Below the pieces are notes generated by a model that had not been told where the DNA came from, did not search any database, and saw only the letters and a program-made list of their open reading frames with translations. This document shows positions 37,826-50,234 of a stretch of 64,000 nt of DNA, one piece after another; positions within the stretch are counted from its first letter, which is position 1, and every line of letters begins with the position of its first letter. This DNA is from Elsinoe ampelina (Eukaryota): NCBI GenBank assembly GCA_010093995.1, contig ML992507.1, positions 1,449,147 through 1,513,146 of the forward strand, read 5' to 3'. A program made the position numbers and the translations under genes.

Positions 37826-39574
37826 TCAAATCTCCAGTACTGCTCGCCAGTCTGATCTGATATTCGGCATCTGCCTCCATGGTCGCAAACGCTCCGAGTC
37901 CGCTGGGATCAAGCCTTCTTCACCATTGCTCTCGATCACCAAGCACTCGACGCCACTGGAGAGACACTCCTCTCGTATCTTCTGCACATTCGCCGCCTCC
38001 GCACCCAATTCCAATACACTAGCTTGTAGTATCAATCGGGAGAATACACGGTATTCCATATCCAGCTCCTAGATCAAAGACGATACCTGCGCCACGAAAG
38101 CTTCGTCGATCCTAGGGTTCATCACGCGAAGCTCGACTAAGGAAGGCGGGAGCGCGTGTGCGAATGGTTCCCGCATATGTCGTCTCCCAGCTGAGCCGAA
38201 GGCTTGAAGAAACTTGTCGCTGACGTGTAGCCGCTCGAGTGCATCAAAATTCTCCACCATGCCATTTCCTGGTCTCACTGCGACCGTTGAGAATCCGTCT
38301 TCATCTCCATCAGGCAAGCAATCGGCAAGCACAATGTTCTCGAGGCAGGCGAAGCTCATTGCATTGATCAGATGATCCATGCCGACCTCATTGATATTGT
38401 ACCAGTCAGGGTAAAGTGGCAATTCCCAATCCCGAGCCAGAGTCAGACGTAACGTTTTCAAAACAGGGAGTCCAGCCAGAGTACCGGACAAGTGCCGAAA
38501 GTGTCGATCAAACTTGCAACGATACAGTTCCAGCACCACAAGTGTGCTACCGATCTCTATACCGTTCCAACCGATGACTGAAGTACCGCCTCTTGCGCGC
38601 TGAATAATCAACTCCTGGAGCATCGGTAGACAGTAGGCAGGTAGGATACAGACTTCAAGCGATGCATGCCACACGCTTTGAGGAAGGATTTCGCCTCGCA
38701 CGGCCAACTTTCGAAATTTGGACCAATGCTCTCTTGTGTTCGCGATTTCCGAATCAGTCGTGTTAGATTCAGAGAGACATAAGACGCTTGTGATGTAGCA
38801 AGGTACACCAGGGTCGTCCCCTTCGCCAGTATCGATGTCCGGAAAGTAACCACGTTTCGCCTCGCAGAAATCCAGAGATTCAAGATTGGCCGCGAGAACG
38901 ACCACCAGTATACCAAGATACGCATCATCGAATCGTACACTTGCCAGATCTCGCTCCCAAACCGTCGTACTCAGCCGCCTTGACTGGATGGTAGCTATCC
39001 TGTCGCGCACAAGGTCGGCAAATCCGCTAGGGGCACCTGGTATTGTTTCGAGCGCTGTGCTGCAATATCGACCGTAGGTTGATCTCGGTACTGTATCGAA
39101 GGCTTGCCTGGTTACTCTCAGATGTTTGACTAGACGAGCTAGTGCCGGTCGATGTAGTAATGTCCAGAGAAGTCCGAAGAGGTGTGGCCACGGCGTATTA
39201 TGGTCAACCCTGGTGAAGCGATCCACGATGGTAGGAAAGTAGCCGGCCGCAGGTGAGATGACTGGCGCATTGACAACACTCCATTCAGTCTGATGATGTC
39301 GTGATGCTTGAGCCGTCGTCTCGCAAGTGCTGGTCTTGCCGGCCAACGATGGCCGTGGAACAAGAAAGGAAGAGTGCTATTCCGCGATTTCGATGGTCTC
39401 CCATAATTTGCTTTGATATCTATCGTGGAAGGCTTTGGACGTGCGTGATAGGATTGCCACACAGTGCCGGCAGGAGATGGTATCCGTGATTCCAAAGATG
39501 ACCTCCCAGGGAAGTGCTGGTAATCGTCGGTTCACAGTCGACCCGCTGTCAGGGACTGCTCCTTCGTGGCTCAT
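37826..39574 (-). pseudogene. Second F-box/LRR-like paralog interrupted by two in-frame TAG codons
   Basis: ORFs 39377-39595, 38069-39346 and 37826-38059 share one frame, separated only by TAG at 39377-39379 and 38069-38071. LPALPWEVI F-box; motifs shared with the neighbour (PWP.L, LA.LVK.L, DDA, LPP.L.ELR). Confidence 0.75.
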
Positions 39575-40170
39575 CAGTAGAATAACGTGAGGCACTTGGC
39601 TGTATCAATAGCGTAGTGAGATTGATACAGGACTTGACCAAATATTGAGGTTCGGTATTGCTGTCAAGAGGGAAGATTTTCATCAAATACCAACTCTGAT
39701 CCTACCCGGAAGTTGCGACCTGGTCTGCACAATTGCTGAACGCAATCGCCTGGGGCATGTGATACTTGTAGTCACAGGGATGCTAGCAGCGACACCGTTC
39801 ACAAAGGGACGGTTTCTGATTCCTGAATTGCAATGCTGGAAGAGAGGTGTGATAGGAGCTCCGCGGTGAGTTGCGGGAAAGGAATGCGGCTCTGCGCATG
39901 AAGTTGGAAGCGGGCTTGCAAAAAAAAGCCATGGATGACGTCGGGGCAGGATGGCCAGGACATCACCGTGACTGCAAACAAGATCGACCCCCTCCCGTCC
40001 TCACCAGCCTCATCTTTCTCGTTTCTCCACGTACCTGAGCCACACTTCTGCTTCTCCAGAAATCTTTCCTTTCAAGGAGGCCAACCTGGTATACAGCACA
40101 GCAGCTCTTAAGCTCACCTTCAGCTTCAAGCTCACCCCGCACCGTTGGAACAGCTTCACCAAACTTCACA

Positions 40171-41021
40171 ATGGCCGAACAAAAAGAGCGCCCGCTCCAC
40201 GAGTACGTACAGCTTCCATGTCTCGCTTAACAAACCCAATTCCTCCCCCCTGGCATACGCAAAGGTACTGACCTATTCCCAGGCTCCTCTCCCGTGACAT
40301 GGTCGACATCTACGTCGGCTCCGAAAACACCCACTGGATTCTCCACGAGAAGCTCCTCTGCCACCGCTCCAAATTCTTCCGCAACATCTTCTACGCCAAA
40401 TCAGAGCACCGCAACCGCGCATTCGGCCTACCAGACGAAGACGATGAACCATTCCGCCTGTTCGTGGGCTGGCTGTACTCCGAAGCCGTGCCCGTCCCCA
40501 AGGAGGAGAAGGATTTGGGCAACCTCTTCGACCTGTACCTCATGGGCGAGAAGTGGGCGATCAAGGGGCTGATGGTCGATGTGCTGGATAGCGTGCGCAG
40601 GTTCTACAATGAGTCGCAGACATACCCAGGCCTCAGGAGGGTGCAGTACGTCTACGCCAACACGCAGCTCGACAGCCCTATGCGCCAATTCCTCGTCAAC
40701 GCAGTCGCTCGCGACTTGGTGTTCAGGGAAGGCATGCCGGCGCATTGGGACAAGGCGTTGCGCAAGAATGGACAGTTGGCCGTGGACATCATCCTGGCGG
40801 TACAGAAGTGGAAGTTCGACCAAGAGCAGGTCGCCGATCCCCGCGTCGACGACGTCGAGCCGGTTGTCGAGGAAGCTCTCCAGAAGGGGGCTATCAAGGC
40901 CGAGGAGGTAGACGGCGAGAAGCTGACGAACGGAGTCAACGGCGTGCACGAGGTTGATCAAGAGAAGCTTACGAATGGCGTCAACGGGGTGCACCTCGAG
41001 AGCGGTGACGACGAGGAGTAG
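40171..41021 (+). CDS. BTB/POZ domain protein
   Basis: MAEQKERPLHE, intron 40203-40282, then MVDIYVG...LHEKLLCHRSKFF...LPDEDDEPFRLFVGWLY; duplicated EKLTNGVNGVH near the C-terminus. Confidence 0.9.
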
Positions 41022-41175
41022 CACATCCCCAGCTCTCATCTTTCAGCGGCGTTCTACCTGCCTTGATTTCTGGCGTGACGGACCGTCTCTTGATCAGCGC
41101 AACAGACTGATACCTAGTCCCTTTGATATACCAAGCTTTAATCCACTTCCCCCTTCATCCCTCCTGCTTCCCCTC

Positions 41176-42249
41176 TCACTCCACCCTCCTCATAGCAGGC
41201 ATACTCTTCTTCTCCCTCTGCGCCTCCTTCAACCTCCTCCTCTCAATCGCTTTCTCCCTCTCCTTGCCCTTCATCCCCTCAAACTTACTCACAAGCGTCT
41301 GCTTCTTCAACTCCGCCCTCTTCAGATAGAACGGCTTCTTCCCCTGCTCCACCGCCTCTTTCTCCCTCTTCCTATGCTCCCTCAACACCCCCTGCTGCCT
41401 CTCCTTATCCACGCGTGACTTCTTCCTGTTCTCCATACTCATGAGCTTGCGCCTCAGCGTGATGCGGGCGTCTTCGTCTTTGGTCTTCTTGATTGCCGTG
41501 CGCAGTTCGGCCATTTCGTCGTCTTCGTAGCTGTGCAGGAAGGAGTAGGCTTTTTCGGTATTGGGGTTGGCGGGGGCGCCGGGGAGTGTGAAGCGTGGGT
41601 CGCGCGAGTGGCGCTTGGGGGCGTCGATGACGGTGCGTTTGCGTGTGACTTGGTATTTTGAGGATTGGGAGGTGGGGGCGTGTTTGGAGGAGCGGGCGCG
41701 GGAGGGGCCTGTGGTGTCGTCTTCGTCCTGGTCGTCGTCTGAGGAGGCGTCGCTGCTGGAGGCGGCCGAGTCGTCGGGCTGTGATGGCTTGGGGTCCTGC
41801 TTGTGGGACTTGGTCTTGTCGGGTTTGGAGTCTGGTCTCGATCGCTCTGGTTTCGACTTCTTCGATGGCTTTGTTTCTGTGCCTTTCGATCTTCTGATCT
41901 CCTCGAGTCGTGCCCTCAGTGCGTCTAGCTTCGCGTCCTGCTGCGGTGTGGCGTCGGAGCCTCGCTTCCTTTTGAGTGAGAGAGAGTCTTGTGCCTTTGC
42001 CAGTGTGCCGAAAGAGACGTTCTTCAATTGCTCTTCAGGTTCGACATCCTCATCTTCGTCCATATCGCTGCCCTCCCCATCAGAGCTCAACACATCCCCT
42101 CCCTCCCCAGTATCCAGAACCGAAGGCGAAGAGCCCCCCTCCTCACCAACCTCATCAAACCCATCCTCCTCCTCCCTTTCCGAATCACTGCCGCGGAGAT
42201 CCTCCACCCTTGGTCGTACGACCTTGTCAAACTTCTTGACACCAGGCAT
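41176..42249 (-). CDS. RRP36: rRNA biogenesis protein Rrp36
   Basis: VSFGTLAKAQ, RSSKHAPT..SSK..VTRKR, RDPRF, KAYSFL, GKKPFYLK motifs. Confidence 0.9.
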   Translation of the reverse strand: MPGVKKFDKVVRPRVEDLRGSDSEREEEDGFDEVGEEGGSSPSVLDTGEGGDVLSSDGEGSDMDEDEDVEPEEQLKNVSFGTLAKAQDSLSLKRKRGSDATPQQDAKLDALRARLEEIRRSKGTETKPSKKSKPERSRPDSKPDKTKSHKQDPKPSQPDDSAASSSDASSDDDQDEDDTTGPSRARSSKHAPTSQSSKYQVTRKRTVIDAPKRHSRDPRFTLPGAPANPNTEKAYSFLHSYEDDEMAELRTAIKKTKDEDARITLRRKLMSMENRKKSRVDKERQQGVLREHRKREKEAVEQGKKPFYLKRAELKKQTLVSKFEGMKGKEREKAIERRRLKEAQREKKSMPAMRRVE

Positions 42250-42644
42250 TTCTCGTTCCTAGTATTCCCGATGATTTATAAGAAACGTCAAAGTTTCTTG
42301 GAGAAAGTCCCTGCACCCTTCGCGCTTGACTCGGAAATAGCTCGCTGCCCCGCAAAAAAAAATCCCAAATGGCAAAGCGTGCCGGGCAGACAGCTTTGGG
42401 GAGCTCGCGGCGGCAGAGCATGACGTATCGGGATGTGATGAAAGAGTTTTGTCACCGAGTCCAGGTCGTCGAGATATACACGCGACCTCGTCCCGTCTTG
42501 CTCAATGGTTTTGGTTCCTGTACTATAGCACCAGCGTCGTCTCCAACACCCAATCGACCCCAGCAAATCCTCAATCCCTCCCTCCATCCAACCTCAACAA
42601 CCCATCCCTCCCACCCTCAACTCCACCACCTCCCGCCTCCCACA

Positions 42645-43539
42645 ATGAAGATCCTCACCAAAGAAGAAGAACAAGAGCACTACAAGTCCGTCCCTCCCCT
42701 CCCCCTCCCCCGCCCCTCCCCATCCTAACCCCCTCCCCAGCGCCACCCTCCGCGGCGGCATCGGCGGCGGCGCCATCGGCACCGCCCTCGGCGCAGCAGG
42801 CGTCTACGCCGCCGGCGCACGCTATCCCGCCTTCCGATCCCTCACCGTCCCCTTCCGCGCCTTCCTCATCGCCTCCACCGGCACCTTCACCGCCATCATC
42901 GCCGCCGACCGCTACAGCCGCTCGTATGAAGCCTCGCGCCACCCGGAGACCTCGTACACGGACGCCCAAGCCCGCAACGCGCGCGCCGTCGAGGGCCAGA
43001 AATCAGGCGTGCAGCGCGCCAAAGACTGGGCCAGCGAGAACAGGTACAGTCTCGTGTTTGGGTCGTGGGTGGCGTCCATGGGCACCGCGTTGGGCATTGT
43101 CGGACGGAATCCGTACTTGAGTGGCGCGCAGAAGTTGGTGCAGGCGAGGGTGTACGCCCAGGGACTCACGCTCGCGGTTGTGGTGGCGAGTTTGGCGCTC
43201 GAGGGTAAGGATATGAATCAGGGCAAGGGTAGGTGGCAGACGGTCAAGGTGTTGGATCCGAATGATCCGACGCATAAGCATTTGATTGAGAAGAGGGTGC
43301 ATAAGGAGAGTTATAGTGGGGAGGATCAGTGGATGGGTGAGTACTTGTGGATCAACGAGGGGGGGATGATGGGCTGACTTGGGATAGATATGGTGGAGGC
43401 CGAGGAGCAGAGGATGAAGGAGAGGGAAGCGGCGGTCAAGGCGCAGGAGGCAAAGGATAAGAAGAAAGGGAAGAAGGTGCATCATGAGGAGTTGAAGGAG
43501 CATGGAGAGTCGAAACCGAAGGGGCACAATCTGCCTTAG
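42645..43539 (+). CDS. RCF2: Respiratory supercomplex factor Rcf2 (HIG1 domain)
   Basis: MKILTKEEEQEHY, WASENRYSLVFGSWVASM, QKLVQARVYAQGLT, YSGEDQWM/DMVEAEEQR; introns ~42686-42740 and ~43338-43387. Confidence 0.9.
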
Positions 43540-44239
43540 ACGAACTTGTCGCAGGACCTGCGTAGTGAGCTGGAGATTCTCGGATGAGACTTGGTCGACA
43601 CAGAGCTGCCATATATGATTCGCTGGCAGGTCTCACAGCAGGGTTGAAGGATACCAGATCCATCCGCCATGGAAGGAAAGCAGGCGTGGGATCCACCATT
43701 TCATATCACAATAGAGAGCGTTTGGCGCATGTACCATATTGGATCGAATGAACATCATCCCAAGACACGAAAAAGCATCGATCAAAGTATTTCATTACCA
43801 CTTCCTCCCCATAGTCTTCCGTTCCGTCTCAGTATCCTACCATCCAGCCGTGAACGTATCCTTGAAGGGAAAGTTGTAGATAATATACACGTCGACTGAT
43901 TCATTAGTCTTGTTGATCGGTAAAACAGATGCATGCATGAATGGAGTAGCCGTAAGATCCTTCTTGTCGCAAAGGGATACGTCAGCGTCCTCTGCTCGGG
44001 GAAGAAAGAGTCCAGATGCCTTGGTCCGTGGAAAGGCGATTATACATTACTTCGGCCGTTTGACAGGTTGCTATCGTAATAGAATATGCTTGCTGTTCTA
44101 AAACTCTGCTTTGTTGGTGTTACAGTGCAGGAAAGTGAAGTGAAGATGCTTTTGACGCTGAAGCGGTGGCGGACAGGCGGAATAGCGGGACCTGGGATCC
44201 GGTGTGATGCCATGTGGGGGGTACGTTGGCATGAGAAGA

Positions 44240-44381
44240 TGGTTCACGTGTCATAGTAGTGTGTTCGCGTATCGTGGCAGTGTGTTTACGTATCATTGTA
44301 GTGCGTTCGCGGGTCATCTTGATGCGTTGTTGTATCGTTGTGGTGCGTTGGTGTATCGTGGTAGTACGTTGATGTATCGTG
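44240..44381. repeat. Degenerate 21-bp minisatellite, ~7 units
   Basis: gtgttcgcgtatcgtggcagt / gtgtttacgtatcattgtagt / gcgttcgcgggtcatcttgat / gcgttgttgtatcgttgtggt / gcgttggtgtatcgtggtagt. Confidence 0.8.
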
Positions 44382-45129
44382 TTTTAATATCAAGAATTTG
44401 TCGTGGATCGTCGGATCAGGCAAAGATTGAGGTGATAACGAATTGGTTTTCTCGATTAAAGCGAATGATCGTTGATTCATGCATCCTTCTTTCGTGTAGG
44501 CCGTGGTCGGTTGGGTCCTACTGGAGCTGTGTAGGATCGTGATCTTCTTGACCGGGAATACCGCATGGCGATAGCACGTATGCCTATTCTTGGGTTGATG
44601 ACCGGTTTGGTGCTGGCGGTCTGGTCTGGTCGTTAGGTCCTTGTGGTCGTCTAGTAGGAAACGAGTAGAACGCTATGGGCGGTAGTTGGTGGGCTTGAGG
44701 AGCAATGGGAAGTGGCCCAGTCGGGGTATTGATAGGCGTCCAAACGACGCCTCCTCCATGATTATGGATATGCTGAGGAGCAACTGGAGGGTGATTGGGT
44801 CGGCGCAAACGGGGAGGTGATGGTACGGTCGGATGATGCTGAATCCTACCGGGACTAGACTTGTGAATTGACCGTGCCTGGGCTTGGATCATTGCCTGCT
44901 CCCGCCTCTCACGCCAGATGGTAGTGTCTCCTTGAGGCTCAAGAAAAGGTGGAGCCGATTGAGGTGTGCTCGTGGTATCATGAGGTCCACCCTGTACTCC
45001 TCGAGGAGCCTGCAAGGGCGAATGCCTCTCGTCCAGCGATCGTATCCGGCGGTGCGAAACATCGTCCAGTCTTGGTTCAAGGAAGCGTGGTGGGGAAGAT
45101 GCAGCCCTGGTCATCTCTTGAGGCTCGTC

Positions 45130-46077
45130 CTACTCGCCTCGAGGGGCACGAAATGACGACGGCCCCTCATCTGGTTGTCGCGTAAGAATATCAGGATAAC
45201 CGCGTGAGGGTGTTCGAGCATGACCAGCGGCACCAGGACGTCCTTCCTGCAAATCCTCTTCTGATTCCGGTGGTGGTCGTGATTCTGCTTCATCTCTTAT
45301 CATCTTCAGTCTCTTACGCTTTCCAGATGATGTTTCTTGCGGGGCGGTGGGTTTTGGAAGTGATTGTAGTGTTGGAGTCATGACTGCTTGCGCCGCCTGT
45401 TGTGCTATAAGTGACGGCATACCGCTCGGTCCAGCTGTGAAGACGGTGTCGCGCCTAACGTTTGAAATAGAGTCTCCGCGTTGACGAGCTGCTTGTTCTT
45501 TGCGCAACTCTGACTCAGCTTTGGTGGGTCTACCACGTTTCTTCTTTGGCGGTTCTGAGGACTCTGAAGGGTTAAGCATGGGACCCAATCCGGCTGGTTT
45601 GGGTTGAATGTCCTGATATCGTTGACCAGACATGGGTGCCGAAGACGGCCCTTCCATACCATAGGGACGCTTCATGCCAGCAATGTCCAGTGGTCGAGGG
45701 ATCTCGCGCACGCTGGTGGAACGAGAAAGACCTATAGGTGGCGCCGGACTTTGCCTTACATAGTCGTAGTACAGTTGTCGGCATTGGTTGAGGGAACGTC
45801 CTGGCAAATATTAGTCTCATGATCTCCATGAGACTCTCGTTGAAACAAGGCGGCTGCATTACATACCCCTCGGTAATGGTAAATCCTCCCATCTGGGTTC
45901 AGGTAAGTTGCGAACGATTGGAAGTATTGTCTCCGGTGCGACCGGATTAGCTTTGAGTATCTCGGCAAGAAGTTCAAGCTATAGCATATTAGCGTGATCG
46001 CAAAGAAAATGAGATCGAACAAAGCATACTCTCTCAGATGGACTCCATGGTGGAATTGGAGGAGGAGGAACATTCAT
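45130..46077 (-). CDS. Putative DNA-binding protein with a Myb/SANT-like N-terminal helical domain and an AT-hook
   Basis: Spliced MNVPPPPIPPWSPSER/LELLAEILK..PRWEDLPLPRG/RSLNQCRQ with two canonical introns; KKKRGRPTK AT-hook. Confidence 0.8.
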
Positions 46078-47964
46078 TGTTCGACCACCTGATCGCCCAA
46101 GCTCCGCTCCCCGTTGAATTTCATGGGAGCCCCGCAAATCAACAGCAATTCATCCGCCGACGTTGAACGTAGGGTTTTTGAGAAACGCAGAGGATGACAG
46201 TGACCAGCGATTGCTCTGGAATGAAAAAAGACGCGACGTCAATTGCAATAATCGAAGCCAAGCGAGCGACTCGAATGAACAAATTCCAAGATCAAACGAA
46301 GGTAGGGCCGAATTTCAATTTGGGTGGAAAGGGTCGAGTCTCTAACAATTGAAACGAAGGGCAACCGGGGGAAGAAGAAAGACCGGAAATGTGAGGCTAT
46401 GAAGGCGCGCCAGGGGAGAAGAAGCAACGAGCGACTGCGCAGAACGAAGAAGTGAATGGAAGGAGAAGAAGATAATGTCTAATGACGAGGAAAGAAGAGA
46501 TGGCGGGAACAAGATGGGGCCTGCATGAGACTGTTACAAGAAATGCATCACCCTAACAAAAAATTGTGTCGCTGGCAAGTCCCTCTTCCTTTGGATGCTG
46601 CAGTAGCGGCCGAGGTGTCCAAGCCGCATGCCCGTCATATCTTGCCTTTTACTGCCTCTCCACGATGCAAGAGCGCACAGGCATTCATCTGGGGAGGGAC
46701 AATGGCTGCCGACTGGTCGATTGCTTCATCGCGCTGCACCTTGCCTTTCTTGTGTCCAGTGTTCAGAGGAGGGGAGGAAACTCGGAGCTGGCCGTGTTCC
46801 ATGGATTCAAGATCGCAAAGACCAAAGGAGGGGCAGGGCGGGCAGAGTCCTTGGTTCCTCTACGAGTGGACAAGGGCGTATGCAATTTGATGAGCAGAGT
46901 TAAGCATGGCACTAGGGATGATGACAGGACGATCCGACACCAGCTAAGCGTCAACCGGAAAGACTTCGTGGGTCTTGTAATCTTCCAAGACGGTCGGGCA
47001 GAAAGTCGGTGAATGCAGGCCCCTAACCTTGTCCCTGAATGATGGAATGACTGGAGGTGATTTCTCACATTATATTCCACCTCTTGAAGCTTCTTGTTGC
47101 GTCTGTTGGCGGCAGTCCTACGGCAAAGATGGAGCAAGATTGAGGGAAAGCCCCCAGCCACCGCGATATTGTGTATCCGGAGATGCGACAGGGATGTACA
47201 GATCGTGTTGGCGGGCAGCGGGCAAGAGCTTGACGAGAAAGTCTAACGACGAGAGACTTTGGTAGGAACAGTAGATCCACGGACATCAGCCACGCGCAGA
47301 AGCCAGCAGAAGCCTTGTCTGTCGAACTCTGTCCTCCCTCTGATGAAAATCCTCGTCGCAACCCAGTTCGTCGGGACCTCTGCATCCTTTGCTTGCTCGA
47401 ACGGGCCAAGTCGAGGCTCCTTCATGCAAGCTACGTATCAGCCTGCCCGGGACTCGCCAATGAAAAGGCATTGCTATGCCCGCGAACAAGCCCTGCGCCG
47501 AACGATTTTCGGATCTTTCTCGCCGACTCGCTCAACCCTTTTATCCACGATCCCACGGGTTCCACAAGCTCCTTCGACGTCGACTGGCGGTTTGGTCGCA
47601 CTTGACGCAACTTCTGACATGATACTGATGGCCAATCAACAGCTATTGTATCTTCATACCGACTTTGACAGCATGGTGGATCTGGCGCTACCCCGCCTTT
47701 GACGATGGGATGATATGCCCATGAAGGCATTCGCGGTCAGCATGTTCTCATAACCTGGAGCTCTCCATGCCATCCGAGGCATCACCATGACTCTCTGCGA
47801 GTGGCAGCTATGGTGCCAAGTAGCTGTCTTAGGACGCCGTGCGTGTCACCTCCTCTCGATGCTGACCTCTCATTCATACAATGTTCATTCGTGTTCCATT
47901 CAGGACATCTCCCCGTCTGTCAACACCTTTTCGTTTTGTAGTATCTTTCCATACAACAAGAACC

Positions 47965-49018
47965 ATGTCTGCTGATTCAAGACAAAAGCTGGCGCTACCT
48001 CCGAACCAGAGCACTTCATGTTCACTGAGGTAGGTACCGACTCTGTATGGTACCATGGCGACCCCTACGGCATCTCCACGGCATATGAGCTTGTCAAGCG
48101 GAGGACAAGTGTAATCATGCTTGAAGCCAGGGAGGTCCTTTCTGGAGAAACTGATCGTACTTCTGGCCATCTATCAAGTGCCTTGGATGACTGGTACACC
48201 AACATTCAATCTAAACACGGTCACGATGGTGCCGCCACTGCTTACGAGAGCCACAAATTTGTCTTCGAGCATGTGGGCGAGATTGCCAAAGAGCTAAAGA
48301 TCGACTGCGAGTATCGCATCCTGCCAGCATGAGAAGTGTCAGAATACCGTCCCGGCGGGCAGACAGACGACGAATCCACCCGCTTCGGCCAAGTCGAGAA
48401 ATGGGCCCGGGACCGCTGGCCCCAATGCAGCGCGCTCGAGTACCAATGATCCAGACAGATCTACGACCCGCACGACTATGTTGCCTTCATCGGGCTCAAC
48501 CAGGGGAAGAAGCGCACGTGGACCGCAACAGGCGACTCGGGTAACGGTCTCACCCACGGCGTGCTCGGGGCGAGGATCATCGCCGACGGCATCACGGGCG
48601 GGATCAATCCCTGGCAAGACCATACAGCCCGCAACGCGTGACGAGCCTGCTCGCTTCTGCGGTCGACCTCGTCAAGGACAATCTACAAGACGACATGCAG
48701 TTCAAGCGCTGGGCGCAGACAGACATTAACGACATCGAGGACCCAGGGCGGGGCGAAGGTGGAGTGCTGAACAAGATGGGGAAGAAGCCTTTGGCAGTGT
48801 ACAAAGACGAGGATGGGCAAGTGCGGACTCTGAGGGCGATTTGTCCCCATATGATGGGGGTCGTGTGCTGGAATCATGCCGGGAAGAGCTGGGATTGTCC
48901 AGTGCATGGAAGTAGGTTTAGTACCGACGGGGTTTGTGTTACAGGGCCGGCGAAGAGTAATTTGAATCCGGAGTGTCATATTTCGAGGAGGACGCAGGAG
49001 GTGGCTGCTGGGGGATGA
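47965..49018 (+). pseudogene. FAD-dependent oxidoreductase-Rieske fusion (YhfW/PuuB-like), internally deleted and frameshifted
   Basis: GISTAYELVKR..EAREVLSGET.RTSGHL, TGDSGNGLTHG and Rieske CPH..CWN..SWDCPVHGSRF. The GxGxxG region is missing; TGA at 48447-48449; frameshifts near 48330 and 48620. Confidence 0.85.
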
Positions 49019-49697
49019 ATTTTTGTGGAGATGTAGAGATGGTGGATTGGGGGAAGGACGCAGAGGGTGATGGGTGCAAAAGGTGACGGGTGTAGAGGTC
49101 AGTGGACAGGGGTAGGCAATAGAAGAAGCAGAGAGAGAGGGGGAAGTTCCACACGTCGAATGGTGGTGCGGAGGGTAAGGGGATATGCAGGCTTGAACAT
49201 ACAGTGAGAAGAGCCTGCAGCTAGAATGCGAATCGTTATCACGGGATTTCTCGTATGCGTGCATATGCAGGTCTGGGATTGATAGGTCGAGACGTCTTTA
49301 TTCCGGTAGGAGGCTGGTTCTGGCGGAGCTGGAGTGAGTGCATGGACCTTTCGCATATGGTAAGTACGAATAGAAGAGATTCGCTCGCAGGGAGCTCGAA
49401 AGGATGCTCCGGGACCGGCAATGGTAGCAAATCTCCGGACGATGAGCTAGACAACCTGTGGCCATAACGAAGTGGGATTGAACCAACAATCTAGGTGGCA
49501 TGATGTCGAACCAACCCAGGTGCGGTGTGCCGGCCGCACTTCGTCCGGCAAAAGATAGCTCTGACAAGCGTTGTGAAAGGGAGATCGTGGTTTTATAAGT
49601 ACTCGAGTTGTTTGACCCATTCCTCTGAAAATGCGTATCGTGCGATGAATGAAGTGTAGATTTGCTAACAGCACAAGTTATTATACAAGAGCCAGAA

Positions 49698-50234
49698 TTA
49701 TACCATTATTTTGGGGCACTCTGACTGGCTGCGGAGAACATGTCTTGGCATTGCGCTTTCGGAGGCTCGCTGTGCAGCAGGAATTATGGTCATCATGTAC
49801 TTTGATCGCCACGACACAAATTTCAGGATCAACTGTCGAGGATTGTGGTCGCCGGATGGATCTCTGTATCTACTATCTGTGAATTCACTACATCGTCCCT
49901 CTTCCGACCGGAGCGACCTGGTAGACTGCTGGCAGACGACCTCCGGGCGAGCATTACCATATTTGGAGACTGCTGGACGATAAACGATCCTAAGACGACT
50001 ACTGGAGTCGGGAGATACGATATCATACCTTGCTGGATACTCGGTAACCTGATCCGAGGACCAAAAGTCGTCCAGAGCTTCCGTTACTGCACCTGGAATT
50101 GAGCTCCTCTGCCGACTAGCAAGGTACTCTGCCATAGAACTCTGGACCGAGTATAGCCTCAAGCGGCGATAGTCGCTCGAGCGCTTGACGAAAGCGATTG
50201 TCGTTTGCGAAAGACGGGACTGTACGAGTAGCAT
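49698..50234 (-). CDS. Possible hypothetical gene divergent from SET2; structure unresolved
   Basis: Open frame of ~180 codons with a possible gtatga donor near 50028; no recognised domain. Confidence 0.25.
   Translation of the reverse strand: MLLVQSRLSQTTIAFVKRSSDYRRLRLYSVQSSMAEYLASRQRSSIPGAVTEALDDFWSSDQVTEYPARYDIVSPDSSSRLRIVYRPAVSKYGNARPEVVCQQSTRSLRSEEGRCSEFTDSRYRDPSGDHNPRQLILKFVSWRSKYMMTIIPAAQRASESAMPRHVLRSQSECPKIMV

Noticed and set aside
44240..44381. CRISPR-like array
   Set aside because: Eukaryotic context; degenerate head-to-tail units with no spacers.
37826..45132. TAG reassigned to a sense codon in this organism
   Set aside because: The CHS7-like, BTB, RCF2 and UGA1 genes all end at TAG at their expected C-termini.
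46100..47900. ORFs of 60-150 aa upstream of the AT-hook gene
   Set aside because: No homology recognisable by eye; treated as intergenic.
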